Of a stretch of DNA of 64,000 bases, positions 40,208-49,839 are shown piece after piece. Every line of letters starts with the position of its first letter. Within the stretch, counting starts at the first letter, position 1. The notes beneath the pieces were generated by a model. That model was not told the DNA's origin. It worked only from the letters and a program-made list of their open reading frames with translations, and did not search any database. This stretch comes from Candidatus Kapaibacterium sp. (GTDB lineage Bacteria; Bacteroidota; Ignavibacteria; Palsa-1295). Made by a program: the position numbers and the translations under genes. The stretch lies in contig JBBQGG010000001.1 of assembly GCA_038322815.1 (NCBI GenBank), forward strand, positions 18,840-82,839, read 5' to 3'.

Positions 40208-42379
40208 TTAAATAAAGAGCGGAGCTAAAACGAGCGTCAGCGTGCTGAGCAATTTGATCAGAACGTGAAGTGACGGACCGGCTGTATCCTTGAACGGATC
40301 GCCAACCGTGTCACCGACAACTGCTGCTTTATGCGGATCAGATTTCTTTCCGCCATAAGCACCTGTTTCGATGAATTTCTTTGCATTGTCCCAAGCACCT
40401 CCGCCGTTATTCAAGAAGAGCGCCATCAGAATTCCGGTGATCGTACCTGACATAAGGAAGCCGCCAACGACTTCTGCGCCGCTTGCCCCAGTTGGAAGTG
40501 CACCTCCTGCGTAGTAGATCCATTTAAATACTAAGCCGACGCCAACGGTACTTCCAACAACTAAGAGTCCCGGAAGCACCATCTTCTGAAGTGCAGATTT
40601 CGTTGCGATATCAACGCACTGTCCGTAATCAGGCTTAGATGTTCCAAGCATGATGCCTGGGTTATTTCTGAATTGATCGCGCACGTTATTGATGATCGCA
40701 TACGCTGCCTTACCCACTGCCTTTATCGCAAGGGATGAGAAAATATAGACAAGTACTGCGCCGAACAATGCACCGACAAAAACTTCAGGCTTATTCAGAT
40801 TGATAACTTTGTCAAATGTCGGAACGTAATTTTTGATCTCATCCATATACGCTCCGAAAAGAAGGAAGGCTGCAAGAGCGGCTGAACCGACTGCATATCC
40901 TTTCGTCAAAGCCTTCGTTGTATTGCCGACTGAATCAAGACGATCCGTTCTTTCACGAACGGAATCTGGTTGATGACTCATTTCAACAATACCGCCTGCA
41001 TTATCGGTGATCGGACCAAACGTATCCATTGCAAGAATATATGCCGCTGTTCCAAGCATACCCATTGTTGCAACAGCCGTTCCGAAAAGACCTGCATCCT
41101 GTAATCCCGAATGCATTCCGAGGAAGTATGCGCTAACGATCGAAATTCCGATAACAAGAATCGGATATCCTGTTGATTCCATACCGACGGCGATACCTGC
41201 AATGATGTTCGTTGCAGGTCCTGTCTGTGATGCCTCGGCGATAGACTTTACAGGACGGTACATGTACTCAGTATAATATTGAGTGATATACACGAAAGCA
41301 ACAGAAGCAAGAACTCCGATAACTCCGCAAAGGAAGAAGTTAAAATAATATTGCTCTCCTAAAAGCCAGCGTGAAGCAATAAAGAAACCACCGATCACAA
41401 GAATTGATGTAATGCGATAACCGCGGTTCAAGGCTTTCATCGGATCTTCGGTTTCATTCGTTTTCACGAGCATGATACCGATCATTGAAGCAATGATTCC
41501 GAATGCACGAGCAACAAGAGGAAAGAGAATTACTCCGATAAGCGAAAGATGATTTGCTTCGAAGTAAGCAACGTTTGATTTATACAAACCTGCTGCAAGG
41601 ATCATCGCTCCGATATTTTCGGCAGCCGTTGATTCAAAAAGATCAGCACCACGACCAGCACAATCACCGACGTTATCACCGACGAGATCGGCGATAACTG
41701 CAGGGTTACGAGGATCATCTTCAGGAATTCCTGCTTCGACCTTTCCAACAAGATCAGCACCGACATCGGCAGCCTTAGTAAAAATACCTCCTCCAAGTTG
41801 AGCGAAGAGCGCTACGAAACTTGCACCGAATCCGTAACCAACGATCAAAAGAGGAATTTTTGCCGGATCGTCAGTAACACCCATTGCCTGAACGATAGCA
41901 AATAGACCTGCAACTCCTAAGAGGCTCAGAGCTACAACGAAGAAACCCGATACTGCGCCGCCGCGTAAAGCAGTTTGAAGCGCACCATTCATAGTTGTAC
42001 GTGCTGCAGATGCAGTACGGATATTTGTCCGAATGGCAACCCACATTCCCATATACCCGGATGCAACAGAACATGCTGCACCAAAAATGAATGACATCGT
42101 TGTCCATAATGCAAGATTTGCAGAACTTGCCGGATCATGCTCATTATGAGCACGGACGAATGCATAAAGAATATAAATGATACAGGCAAGCGCTACAGCT
42201 AAATAAGCGATCGTCTTATTCTGTCTGCGCAAAAAAGCTTCCGCTCCCTGCTTGATAGCGTTTGAGATTTCTTGCATTGCAGGTGTGCCCTGATCACGCT
42301 TGAGTACGTTTGGAATAAGGAAAAGTCCCGCAAAAAGCAGAGCTATGACACTTATACCAAGAATAATGAGTAGTTCCAT
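40208..42379 (-). CDS. hppA: membrane-bound proton-translocating inorganic pyrophosphatase (V-type H+-PPase)
   Basis: GGG.FTKAADVGADL.GKVE and DNVGDC.G...DLFES signature blocks. About 16 TM segments. Length 723 aa. Confidence 0.92.
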   Translation of the reverse strand: MELLIILGISVIALLFAGLFLIPNVLKRDQGTPAMQEISNAIKQGAEAFLRRQNKTIAYLAVALACIIYILYAFVRAHNEHDPASSANLALWTTMSFIFGAACSVASGYMGMWVAIRTNIRTASAARTTMNGALQTALRGGAVSGFFVVALSLLGVAGLFAIVQAMGVTDDPAKIPLLIVGYGFGASFVALFAQLGGGIFTKAADVGADLVGKVEAGIPEDDPRNPAVIADLVGDNVGDCAGRGADLFESTAAENIGAMILAAGLYKSNVAYFEANHLSLIGVILFPLVARAFGIIASMIGIMLVKTNETEDPMKALNRGYRITSILVIGGFFIASRWLLGEQYYFNFFLCGVIGVLASVAFVYITQYYTEYMYRPVKSIAEASQTGPATNIIAGIAVGMESTGYPILVIGISIVSAYFLGMHSGLQDAGLFGTAVATMGMLGTAAYILAMDTFGPITDNAGGIVEMSHQPDSVRERTDRLDSVGNTTKALTKGYAVGSAALAAFLLFGAYMDEIKNYVPTFDKVINLNKPEVFVGALFGAVLVYIFSSLAIKAVGKAAYAIINNVRDQFRNNPGIMLGTSKPDYGQCVDIATKSALQKMVLPGLLVVGSTVGVGLVFKWIYYAGGALPTGASGAEVVGGFLMSGTITGILMALFLNNGGGAWDNAKKFIETGAYGGKKSDPHKAAVVGDTVGDPFKDTAGPSLHVLIKLLSTLTLVLAPLFI

Positions 42380-42560
42380 TATGTTATTTTAGTATTCGTT
42401 TTGTTGTGGTTTAAAAATAAGAGAATAATATATTGACTTTAAAAATACGAAATTTTTTGGGCAATCCGCAAAAATCAGTTTTTTAGAATCGCTTAAAGTA
42501 AAATAAAAAGAGACTTTCTATAGCAAGTCCCTTTTAAAAAGAAAAGAATGTTTTGTACAA

Positions 42561-43946
42561 TTATTTTTGCACAACAATAAATTTCGCTATGGCAATATTA
42601 TTACCTGCAATGACTTTACAAGTGTAAGTACCCGAAGCTAAATATTGAGTATGCAAGGATATCGAATGATCGCCTTCGGCTTGTTCGCCGGAATAGACAT
42701 TGATAATTTCTTTACCGAGCAAATCATAGATCGAAATTTGTACACGGCAATCTTTATCAAGCGTGTAGAAAACTTGCGATGCTCCAGTAGATGGATTTGG
42801 ATGGACTATAATTTCCAAAGGTAACGACTGACTTTTGGAAGCAACTCCGCTTGTGCAATCCGGCCCGCAGTAAAGCATTTCAAACATGCACTTGTCTGCT
42901 GAATGAAGCGGTTCAGGATCTTTATCTTTTGTAATTCCCGTAGACCACATAATTGACTGGTCATCAGAACCACTACACCCGTATTTATCAATATGAGAAA
43001 ATCCGAGCCAATGTCCCATCTCATGTTCCATAAGTCTTAAGAAGCTCGTCGTATGGTATCCAAAAGCTTGCCCGATTGGAACCGAATTACCAGTATAAAA
43101 CATAATTCCTGGGAAATCCCTAACTTCATCTGTTGAAGGATCAATATAATTAGTATTTGGTTGATTATTAGAAAAATCAGGATCAGACCATAATCTCTGA
43201 TTAGAAATATTAACATGAATAAAACGAGAGGCACAAGCAGTTGGAGGACAGGCAAGGATAGTAGTACTACCTTCGGTGGAGGGTCCGGTAAAATCTTGTG
43301 GATTAGGATCAAAAATAATATTGATACAGCATGTGGCGTCACTTTCTAAACCTGGACAAGAGCTTATCCATGCATTTAAAGCATTCTGAGCATCGGTATA
43401 AGCTTGACTTGGATCAAAAACTGTTATCGCGCTATATTCAGCATCATTTTGCTGATTTACACAGTCCGTATGTGCTTGATGATCACTTTGCCAAGCATCA
43501 AAGGCATCTTTTTTTACCTGCCAATCAGCATGGGTAGTTGTGCCATCTGCTCCAGTTTCGCAGTCATCCCAATCCTGCCAAGCCTGTGTAATGTCCCCAT
43601 TGTTATCATATTTTGGTGTCGGTGCAGTTCCACATGGGTCTGCCCCAGGTGCTGGAGGTTCTGGGTCTGGATCCGGACCTGGTGCTGATTGAGTGGGCTG
43701 TTTCACCATATCACCGCCCGGGATTCCAGAAATATTGATACAGCCCGGCAAAGTTGCTTTTACAGCCTTTCCATAAGTAGGATCGTTACAAGGATGCGAA
43801 GAACATTGTACTCCACCAGGACAAAAAATAAAAGGATACGTAGTGCCAGGCGTACAATCCGGTTGAGCATTTATTTTTTCGCTCAAACACAAAATTAGAA
43901 ACATTGCGCTAAATATTTTTTTTGTTCTGTTCATAACGATACTCAA
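42561..43946 (-). CDS. secreted zinc metalloprotease (metzincin-like HExxHxxGxxH) with T9SS CTD
   Basis: HEMGHWLGFSH followed by SIMWS (possible Met-turn). Cys-rich N-terminal region. C-terminal IIVHPNPSTG...ISIYDLLGKEIINVY...TYTCKV sorting domain. Confidence 0.75.
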   Translation of the reverse strand: MSIVMNRTKKIFSAMFLILCLSEKINAQPDCTPGTTYPFIFCPGGVQCSSHPCNDPTYGKAVKATLPGCINISGIPGGDMVKQPTQSAPGPDPDPEPPAPGADPCGTAPTPKYDNNGDITQAWQDWDDCETGADGTTTHADWQVKKDAFDAWQSDHQAHTDCVNQQNDAEYSAITVFDPSQAYTDAQNALNAWISSCPGLESDATCCINIIFDPNPQDFTGPSTEGSTTILACPPTACASRFIHVNISNQRLWSDPDFSNNQPNTNYIDPSTDEVRDFPGIMFYTGNSVPIGQAFGYHTTSFLRLMEHEMGHWLGFSHIDKYGCSGSDDQSIMWSTGITKDKDPEPLHSADKCMFEMLYCGPDCTSGVASKSQSLPLEIIVHPNPSTGASQVFYTLDKDCRVQISIYDLLGKEIINVYSGEQAEGDHSISLHTQYLASGTYTCKVIAGNNIAIAKFIVVQK

Positions 43947-45007
43947 GGATTGGTGATTTTATAAATCTTTGCACGTAATCTGGTCTTCCATTCTGTGGGA
44001 GACAGTCCGGAACTTGCTCCGATTCCAAAATCATCATTCGGATCGCTTACGACAGGACTTCCAGAAATAGAAGTTATTTGATACATCCCTGCCGACCAGC
44101 CAAATCCTAAAACAGGCCATATTGTAAAATATTGTTTAACGCTGTCGGCGTCTAAACCTAAGAAGGAAAGAAAAACTATATAATCTCGACCTGGTTTTAT
44201 CCAAGAACCGTTCGTAGAATCAAATAATGGATAGTCAAAATTATCATCGGCATAATCTCTTCCTTGCCTACGAGGTCTTCGACTCCACTCCAAAGAATAA
44301 TTAAATTGGATACATTTACTTGCTATCGTTCCCGTACCTAATCCGACAGAGTCAGCAAAACTCATAGGAATATCGATTGAGGTCGGTTTCGCATTACCTT
44401 TTCCTGACTTATATATATCAATAGGACAGCCAGGAATAAACTGCCCTTTTATTTCATCAATTATCGACGCTCTTACAACCCCCCAGTCTGGATAAACCCT
44501 ATCAGGATCATTATACATTACCGTATCATATACATGGATATGCGCTATTATCGGAGTTCGTACCAACATCCAAGTTCTATCTGTATCTGGGAAAACTTGA
44601 GCTATGTGATTAAGCAATTCAGAAGCAGCGCCTCCGGGTCCTGTTTTGTAAGGGTATGGTTTTAATGCTTTATAACTTGCCCCCTGCCACGATGCAAAAA
44701 GTACCGGATTATAGTTACCGACTCGATAATAATAATCGGCTAAAAATTTAAGTGTATCTCCGTAGTGAAGGCTATCCAAAAATTTATAAGTCGATCCGGT
44801 TGGTGATAATCTCATTGCCAGATCAAAGTAGGCATACGCCGAGGCAATATCCGAAGGCATACCTAAAGTCACAGGGGGAACAGTTCTTAGCAATGGTAAA
44901 GCGTATCCCAACCCGCCAGTGTAAGGCGGGGGTGTTGGCTGTGCCAAAACAATCGGAGTCTTTAAGCAGAAAAAAGAAAGAATTAGGGGCCCAATAATTT
45001 TATTCAT
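43943..45007 (-). CDS. hypothetical secreted protein, co-transcribed with (ATGA-overlapping) the metzincin gene
   Basis: Signal peptide MNKIIGPLILSFFCLKTPIVLAQ. No recognisable motif. Confidence 0.5.
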   Translation of the reverse strand: MNKIIGPLILSFFCLKTPIVLAQPTPPPYTGGLGYALPLLRTVPPVTLGMPSDIASAYAYFDLAMRLSPTGSTYKFLDSLHYGDTLKFLADYYYRVGNYNPVLFASWQGASYKALKPYPYKTGPGGAASELLNHIAQVFPDTDRTWMLVRTPIIAHIHVYDTVMYNDPDRVYPDWGVVRASIIDEIKGQFIPGCPIDIYKSGKGNAKPTSIDIPMSFADSVGLGTGTIASKCIQFNYSLEWSRRPRRQGRDYADDNFDYPLFDSTNGSWIKPGRDYIVFLSFLGLDADSVKQYFTIWPVLGFGWSAGMYQITSISGSPVVSDPNDDFGIGASSGLSPTEWKTRLRAKIYKITNP

Positions 45008-45168
45008 ATGTAGTTCAGAAAAAGGAATTAGAGCACCTTAATAAAATTAAATAAGTTACGTAAATATACACTACTGAGAGAGAGAGAGTTCCAGTGATAC
45101 CGATTTAAAACGAAAAGAGATGACTCCATTTTCAGCGAGTCCTCTTTCGATAAAAATAAACTTTTAGT

Positions 45169-45774
45169 TTATTTTGGAGATTTTGGCTGATCTTCTATAT
45201 TCTTCGGCTTCACATTAATTACATTCATTGACTTCGCTAAGCCGTTACAAATAATTTCGATACAGCCATTAACCGCACTGATATTCATATCCTCAACAAG
45301 CTTCATTTCGGATTCTTTAAATTTTGAGAGCACATACTTTGCCTGGTCACCGAAATGAAAATCTGCGCCGACTCCGAAACGTAACCTTGCATATCCATCA
45401 CTTCCAAGTTCATAAATAATTGATGACAATCCGTTGTGTCCACCATCAGAGCCATTCAATCGCAGCCTCAATTGCCCGAGCGGAATAGCAATATCATCGC
45501 AAATCACGACGAGATTTGAAATCTCACACTTAAAAAATGCAACTACATCTCGGACTGCTCTGCCGGAAAGATTCATAAAGGTGATTGGTTTCACGAGAAG
45601 TACTTCTTCATTTGCGATCATTCCTTTCGCATAATAATATTCGCTCTTCCCAGCTCTCCAACCGGAGGAGCGTTCCATTTTTGTTTCGAGCGCATCGACG
45701 ATGGAAAAGCCGATATTATGGCGGGTGCCATCGTATTCTTTTCCGGGATTCCCTAAGCCTGCGAAGATGTACAT
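45169..45774 (-). CDS. pth: peptidyl-tRNA hydrolase
   Basis: MYIFAGLGNPG..Y..TRHNIGF plus D-box and HNG motifs. Confidence 0.92.
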   Translation of the reverse strand: MYIFAGLGNPGKEYDGTRHNIGFSIVDALETKMERSSGWRAGKSEYYYAKGMIANEEVLLVKPITFMNLSGRAVRDVVAFFKCEISNLVVICDDIAIPLGQLRLRLNGSDGGHNGLSSIIYELGSDGYARLRFGVGADFHFGDQAKYVLSKFKESEMKLVEDMNISAVNGCIEIICNGLAKSMNVINVKPKNIEDQPKSPK

Positions 45775-45792
45775 GGATAGTGATATATATAA

Positions 45793-45934
45793 AGTGTCAT
45801 TGCAAGGAAGGAGCGTAGCGAATGACGAAGCAATCCCCTGATTAAGTTCATCTTGATGTCAGTCCTGAAGGGGATTGCTTCGTCGGGCTAAAGCCTATGC
45901 TGGCTAATCGTCGCATACCCTCGCAATGACACAC
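45793..45934. repeat. ~140-nt nested palindromic intergenic element (MITE/REP-like or structured RNA) between rplY and pth
   Basis: Outer arms GTGTCATTGC (45794-45803) and GCAATGACAC (45923-45932). Inner perfect 14-bp arms CGAAGCAATCCCCT (45826-45839) and AGGGGATTGCTTCG (45869-45882). Related copies at 48634-48721 and 59807-59846. Confidence 0.55.
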
Positions 45935-46000
45935 TACAAATAAATAAAAAACAGACTCACAAGAAATACCTGCGAGTCTGTTATTAAAATGAAAGAAATA

Positions 46001-46651
46001 TTATTTCTTCTCTGCTTCGCCTTCTTCATCCTTCTTACCCTTCGCCTGAATCTGTTCAGGTTCGGTAATTTCAGGCGCTGCACCAGGTACTACTTCCTCA
46101 GCAACCTTTGGAGCTGTACAGGAAACGATAACAGAATTTTCATCTGCAATGATCACATACGCATCATTGACCGGAATATCTTTGATATGTACACCATGAC
46201 CAATAGTCAAGTTTGAAATATCAACTTCAATAACGCCCGGAATCTGATCGGGTAGAACGTTGATCGTCAATTTATGCATGATGAAATCAATGATTCCACC
46301 ATCTTTTACACCTGCTGCAGTTCCAACAAGTGAAACAGGTACTTCAAGTTTGATCTTTTCACCTGCATGGAGAATGATGAGATCAATATGTCGAACGCGA
46401 TCGGTGATCGGGTCGAATTGCACTTCGCGCAAAATACTTTTGGTGGATTTACCATCAAGATTCAAATTGACGATATGAGTTTCTTTTGTATAAATAAGCG
46501 GACGCAAGTCCAACTCTTTTACATGAAATGGTACCGCCGCTTCTCCGTGTCCGTAAAGAACTCCGGGTACTCTTCCTGAAGTGCGTAATGTCCTTGCAAA
46601 GCTGCCGCCTAAATTAGGGCGCGCTTCTGCTTTTAATTGTATATCTGCCAT
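46001..46651 (-). CDS. rplY: 50S ribosomal protein L25 / general stress protein Ctc
   Basis: Full-length Ctc form (216 aa) with acidic and lysine-rich tail. Conserved prs-ctc-pth gene order. Confidence 0.9.
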   Translation of the reverse strand: MADIQLKAEARPNLGGSFARTLRTSGRVPGVLYGHGEAAVPFHVKELDLRPLIYTKETHIVNLNLDGKSTKSILREVQFDPITDRVRHIDLIILHAGEKIKLEVPVSLVGTAAGVKDGGIIDFIMHKLTINVLPDQIPGVIEVDISNLTIGHGVHIKDIPVNDAYVIIADENSVIVSCTAPKVAEEVVPGAAPEITEPEQIQAKGKKDEEGEAEKK

Positions 46652-46765
46652 TGTTTGTTTTCTTTCATCAGCCGCCGCACACTTACGTTCAACAAGTTGA
46701 AGCAGTGCCCAACGAAGGTTATGAAAATTCCTGTACTGCGTGAGCAGCCAGGGTTTAAATAAAAA

Positions 46766-47710
46766 TTATTTCTTCTCTTTCTCGTCATCAAAGAGCGAGC
46801 TGATGCTCTTTCCGTCATGAGTTCTTCGCACAGCTTCGGCGAAAACTTTTGCGACGGATTTCACTTTGATCTTTTTCGATTCTTGCTTGAGCGGAATAGT
46901 ATCCGTTACAAGCAAATATTCAAGCGGCGATGCATTGATTCGCTCTATTGCTTTTCCGCTTAATACCGGATGCGTACAAGCTCCATATACTCTTCGTGCT
47001 CCTGCTGCTTTTAAAGCTGCTGCTGCATTGGCGAATGTTCCGCCCGTATCAATAAGATCGTCAACAAGAATAATATCCTTGCCTTCAGGCTCACCGATAA
47101 TATTCATCACTTCTGCAACATTCGGAGCCGGGCGACGTTTATCGATAATTATAAGATCGGCGTCGAAACGTTTCGCGAATCCTCTTGCCATTTTTGATCC
47201 GCCGACATCAGGCGAAGCGATTGCAAGATTTTTTAATTTCTCGCTGCGAAAATGTTTTGCAAATGCGTTCGAAGCATATAAGTGATCGAACGGAATATCA
47301 AAAAAACCTTGAAGCTGCGGAGCGTGAAGATCCATAGAGATCACGCGGTCAGCTCCGGCTTCTGTTATCAAATTTGCAACAAGCTTGCTCGTAATGGCAA
47401 CGCGCGGTTGATCTTTTCTATCCTGACGCGCATATCCGAAATACGGCAGCACTGCAGTGATGCGTTCAGCGCTTGCTCTTCTGGCTGCATCTATGAGCAT
47501 CAGAAGTTCCATCAGATTTTCCGCCGGAGGCATCGTCGATTGCACGATGAACAGATCTACTCCACGGATATTCTCATCATACTTGACCCAGAGTTCTCCG
47601 TCGGAGAAATTCTTGATCTGCGTCGTAGCAATTTTTACATTGAGCGCTTTGGCGATCTTTTCTGCAAAAACTTTATTACTTCTTCCCGCTACGAGTTTCA
47701 GTTGTGCCAT
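46766..47710 (-). CDS. prs: ribose-phosphate pyrophosphokinase
   Basis: PRPP synthetase motifs (DLHA.Q.QGFF; VDDLIDTGGT). Length 314 aa. Confidence 0.92.
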   Translation of the reverse strand: MAQLKLVAGRSNKVFAEKIAKALNVKIATTQIKNFSDGELWVKYDENIRGVDLFIVQSTMPPAENLMELLMLIDAARRASAERITAVLPYFGYARQDRKDQPRVAITSKLVANLITEAGADRVISMDLHAPQLQGFFDIPFDHLYASNAFAKHFRSEKLKNLAIASPDVGGSKMARGFAKRFDADLIIIDKRRPAPNVAEVMNIIGEPEGKDIILVDDLIDTGGTFANAAAALKAAGARRVYGACTHPVLSGKAIERINASPLEYLLVTDTIPLKQESKKIKVKSVAKVFAEAVRRTHDGKSISSLFDDEKEKK

Positions 47711-47783
47711 CGAATGAATAGAGAATTTTGAATTGTGAGTTGAGAAAAAAGAGATAGTTGAATTATTCCTTCATTCTCAATTC

Positions 47784-47858
47784 ACAAGTCTGCTGGCTGG
47801 GGTGGCAGGATTCGAACCTACGAATGGCGCCTCCAAAGGGCACTGCCTTACCACTTGG
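47784..47858 (-). tRNA. tRNA-Gln (anticodon UUG), CCA encoded
   Basis: Reverse complement folds as a cloverleaf: acceptor UGGGGUG/CACCCCA (U1:A72, G73 discriminator, typical for Gln); anticodon stem GTGCC/GGCGC; loop CUUUGGA; T-arm GTAGG-TTCGAAT-CCTGC. Confidence 0.8.
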
Positions 47859-47879
47859 CGACACCCCAAGTCGAATAAT

Positions 47880-48527
47880 TTAACGAGTTGTATTGGCTTG
47901 CCTGAGCGCCGCGACTCCTTCAAGCCCCGCAACAACAGATTGCAATAATCGGAAGTTCTCCAAATATTGATTTGGATCGGATACTCGGTGAAGTTCTACT
48001 ATTGCAAGTTCGTAAAACCTTACTCCGCCTGAAAATGCTACTACGCGGTTATGTAGGATCTCTTTGTATTCTTCAATTTTCTGAGTGTACTCGTAATTAA
48101 CAAATAGCATACTATCAACGGTAAAAGCCACGGGTTGGCGGCTAAGCATGATATCTGGATGTTTTTTGAGTTTGGATTGAAATGATTCTTCGGCAAGAGC
48201 AAGAATCCCATCTCGTTCAACCATACGTCTGAGATCCGCAGTACCCGGAATTTCCATCATGACCATTGCTCGTGAACGGTCAGGGTCGGTATAAACACTC
48301 AGAATATTTTCCAGAGAAGCAATATTTTCCGTATTCACCTGTAGCCAACCTTTGGGAATATGTCCTGCAATGTCTCCTGTAGGCGAGTGAAAATATTCCT
48401 CATCCAGAGGTATCGTGCTCTTTTCATAGAGCGGCTTGATTTTTTCTACTTTTGGCTTGGAGTAAAAAAGCGAACATCCGGTAAAAAAAAGAAAGGCTAA
48501 AAATAGAAAACGGTGCATTGGCAACAA
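47880..48527 (-). CDS. hypothetical lipoprotein
   Basis: LFLAFLFFTGCS lipobox. Length 215 aa. No recognisable motif. Confidence 0.5.
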   Translation of the reverse strand: MLPMHRFLFLAFLFFTGCSLFYSKPKVEKIKPLYEKSTIPLDEEYFHSPTGDIAGHIPKGWLQVNTENIASLENILSVYTDPDRSRAMVMMEIPGTADLRRMVERDGILALAEESFQSKLKKHPDIMLSRQPVAFTVDSMLFVNYEYTQKIEEYKEILHNRVVAFSGGVRFYELAIVELHRVSDPNQYLENFRLLQSVVAGLEGVAALRQANTTR

Positions 48528-48633
48528 AATTTATTATGCAAATATACCGGAATTAAGAACGAGGATTAAGAATTGAGTAAAATTTCATAATTCAAGACAA
48601 TCGATTAAATTAAGCCAATAAAAAATACTTCGC

Positions 48634-48721
48634 CGTCATTCTGAGTGATAGTGAAGAATCTGAACCTCAAGGCTACCGGTAATCTCAGATTCTTAGTTCT
48701 GCTTCGCTCCACTTAGAATGA
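48634..48721. repeat. ~90-nt nested palindromic intergenic element, related to 45793..45934
   Basis: GTCATTCTGAGTG (48634-48646) and CACTTAGAATGAC (48709-48721). Inner GAAGAATCTGA / TCAGATTCTT arms. Confidence 0.45.
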
Positions 48722-48736
48722 CATTCTTGTTTACTC

Positions 48737-49765
48737 TCAATTTCCCCTCTTCCATTTATCGCGTTCCAAACTCAAGCTAAAACTAATACGGTGCGTATTT
48801 CCGAGTTGATCTTGCGCATTAAAACTTTGGAATGCATAATCAACTGTAAGTCTCGGCAAATGAACTCCGGCGCCGACAGTAAACATTTTCAGATCATTAT
48901 AACCGACGCGAATTGCGATCAGTCTTTTGAATTGATACTCTAATCCAATAAGAAAATCGGCACTTACTCCTCCGAGATGAACTTCAGCTATGCTTCGGAG
49001 ATTCTCGAATCGAATATTAGTTTCGAAAGCAGGTAATAACGTATGATTAGAATCAGAAAAAATATCCCATAAATACGCTGCGCCAAGTTTTAGTGTAGGT
49101 GCAACAAGTTCTTTCGTGCCCGATGAATAGGAAAGCAGAGTTGTAGTAATATCTTGACTGACTGCAGCGAGTGTCAATTCAGGGATTGGATGGTAACGAA
49201 TTCCAAGGTCAACACCAAAACCGGTAGCATGGTTATCTGCATCGAGTTTACGAAAAATAATTTTCACTGTTGCTCCGTAAGAAAACAGCGAATCTTTTTT
49301 CTGTCCATAAGAAAGCAACACTGCCCAATCATAATTTCCAAAAGATTTAACTTTAGAGTAATCAATATAATCATCGCCATTGAATTGCCCGTCGCCATTA
49401 AGATCAATGAGTGCACTGCGTGTATCCTTAATATTGGAAATACCGATGTGCAGAATTGATACTGCTGCTCCGCCATCTTTGCCGAGTGGGAAAGCAACTG
49501 CGGCAAAATCATGCTGAAGTGTATTATCAAAGCGCGCTTCATGCATCCCAGTAATGCTAGGATACTGTATTTGCGACAATCCCGCAGGATTCCAATATCC
49601 CATCGAGGCATCATCTATCGTTGCAATAGCGGTGCCGCCCATTGCCAGTGACCTTGCACCGGCTCCGAGCTGCAAAAACTCTCCGGCATAGGTACGGAAA
49701 GATTGGGCGAAAGAATTCGTCGATTGAAGGAGAATTATGAAAGCAAATATTTTTATGAAGTGCAA
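48737..49765 (-). CDS. outer-membrane beta-barrel protein, PorV/PorQ-like; paralog of 22218..23267
   Basis: Signal peptide. GAGARSLAMGGTAIA..DDASMGYWNPAGL N-terminal block shared with the paralog. Confidence 0.5.
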   Translation of the reverse strand: MHFIKIFAFIILLQSTNSFAQSFRTYAGEFLQLGAGARSLAMGGTAIATIDDASMGYWNPAGLSQIQYPSITGMHEARFDNTLQHDFAAVAFPLGKDGGAAVSILHIGISNIKDTRSALIDLNGDGQFNGDDYIDYSKVKSFGNYDWAVLLSYGQKKDSLFSYGATVKIIFRKLDADNHATGFGVDLGIRYHPIPELTLAAVSQDITTTLLSYSSGTKELVAPTLKLGAAYLWDIFSDSNHTLLPAFETNIRFENLRSIAEVHLGGVSADFLIGLEYQFKRLIAIRVGYNDLKMFTVGAGVHLPRLTVDYAFQSFNAQDQLGNTHRISFSLSLERDKWKRGN

Positions 49766-49839
49766 GTAGTAAAATTTTTAAATGATATATAAATTACAAA
49801 TTCTTTGACCATATAATTCATAGGTGATAAATTCTTACC

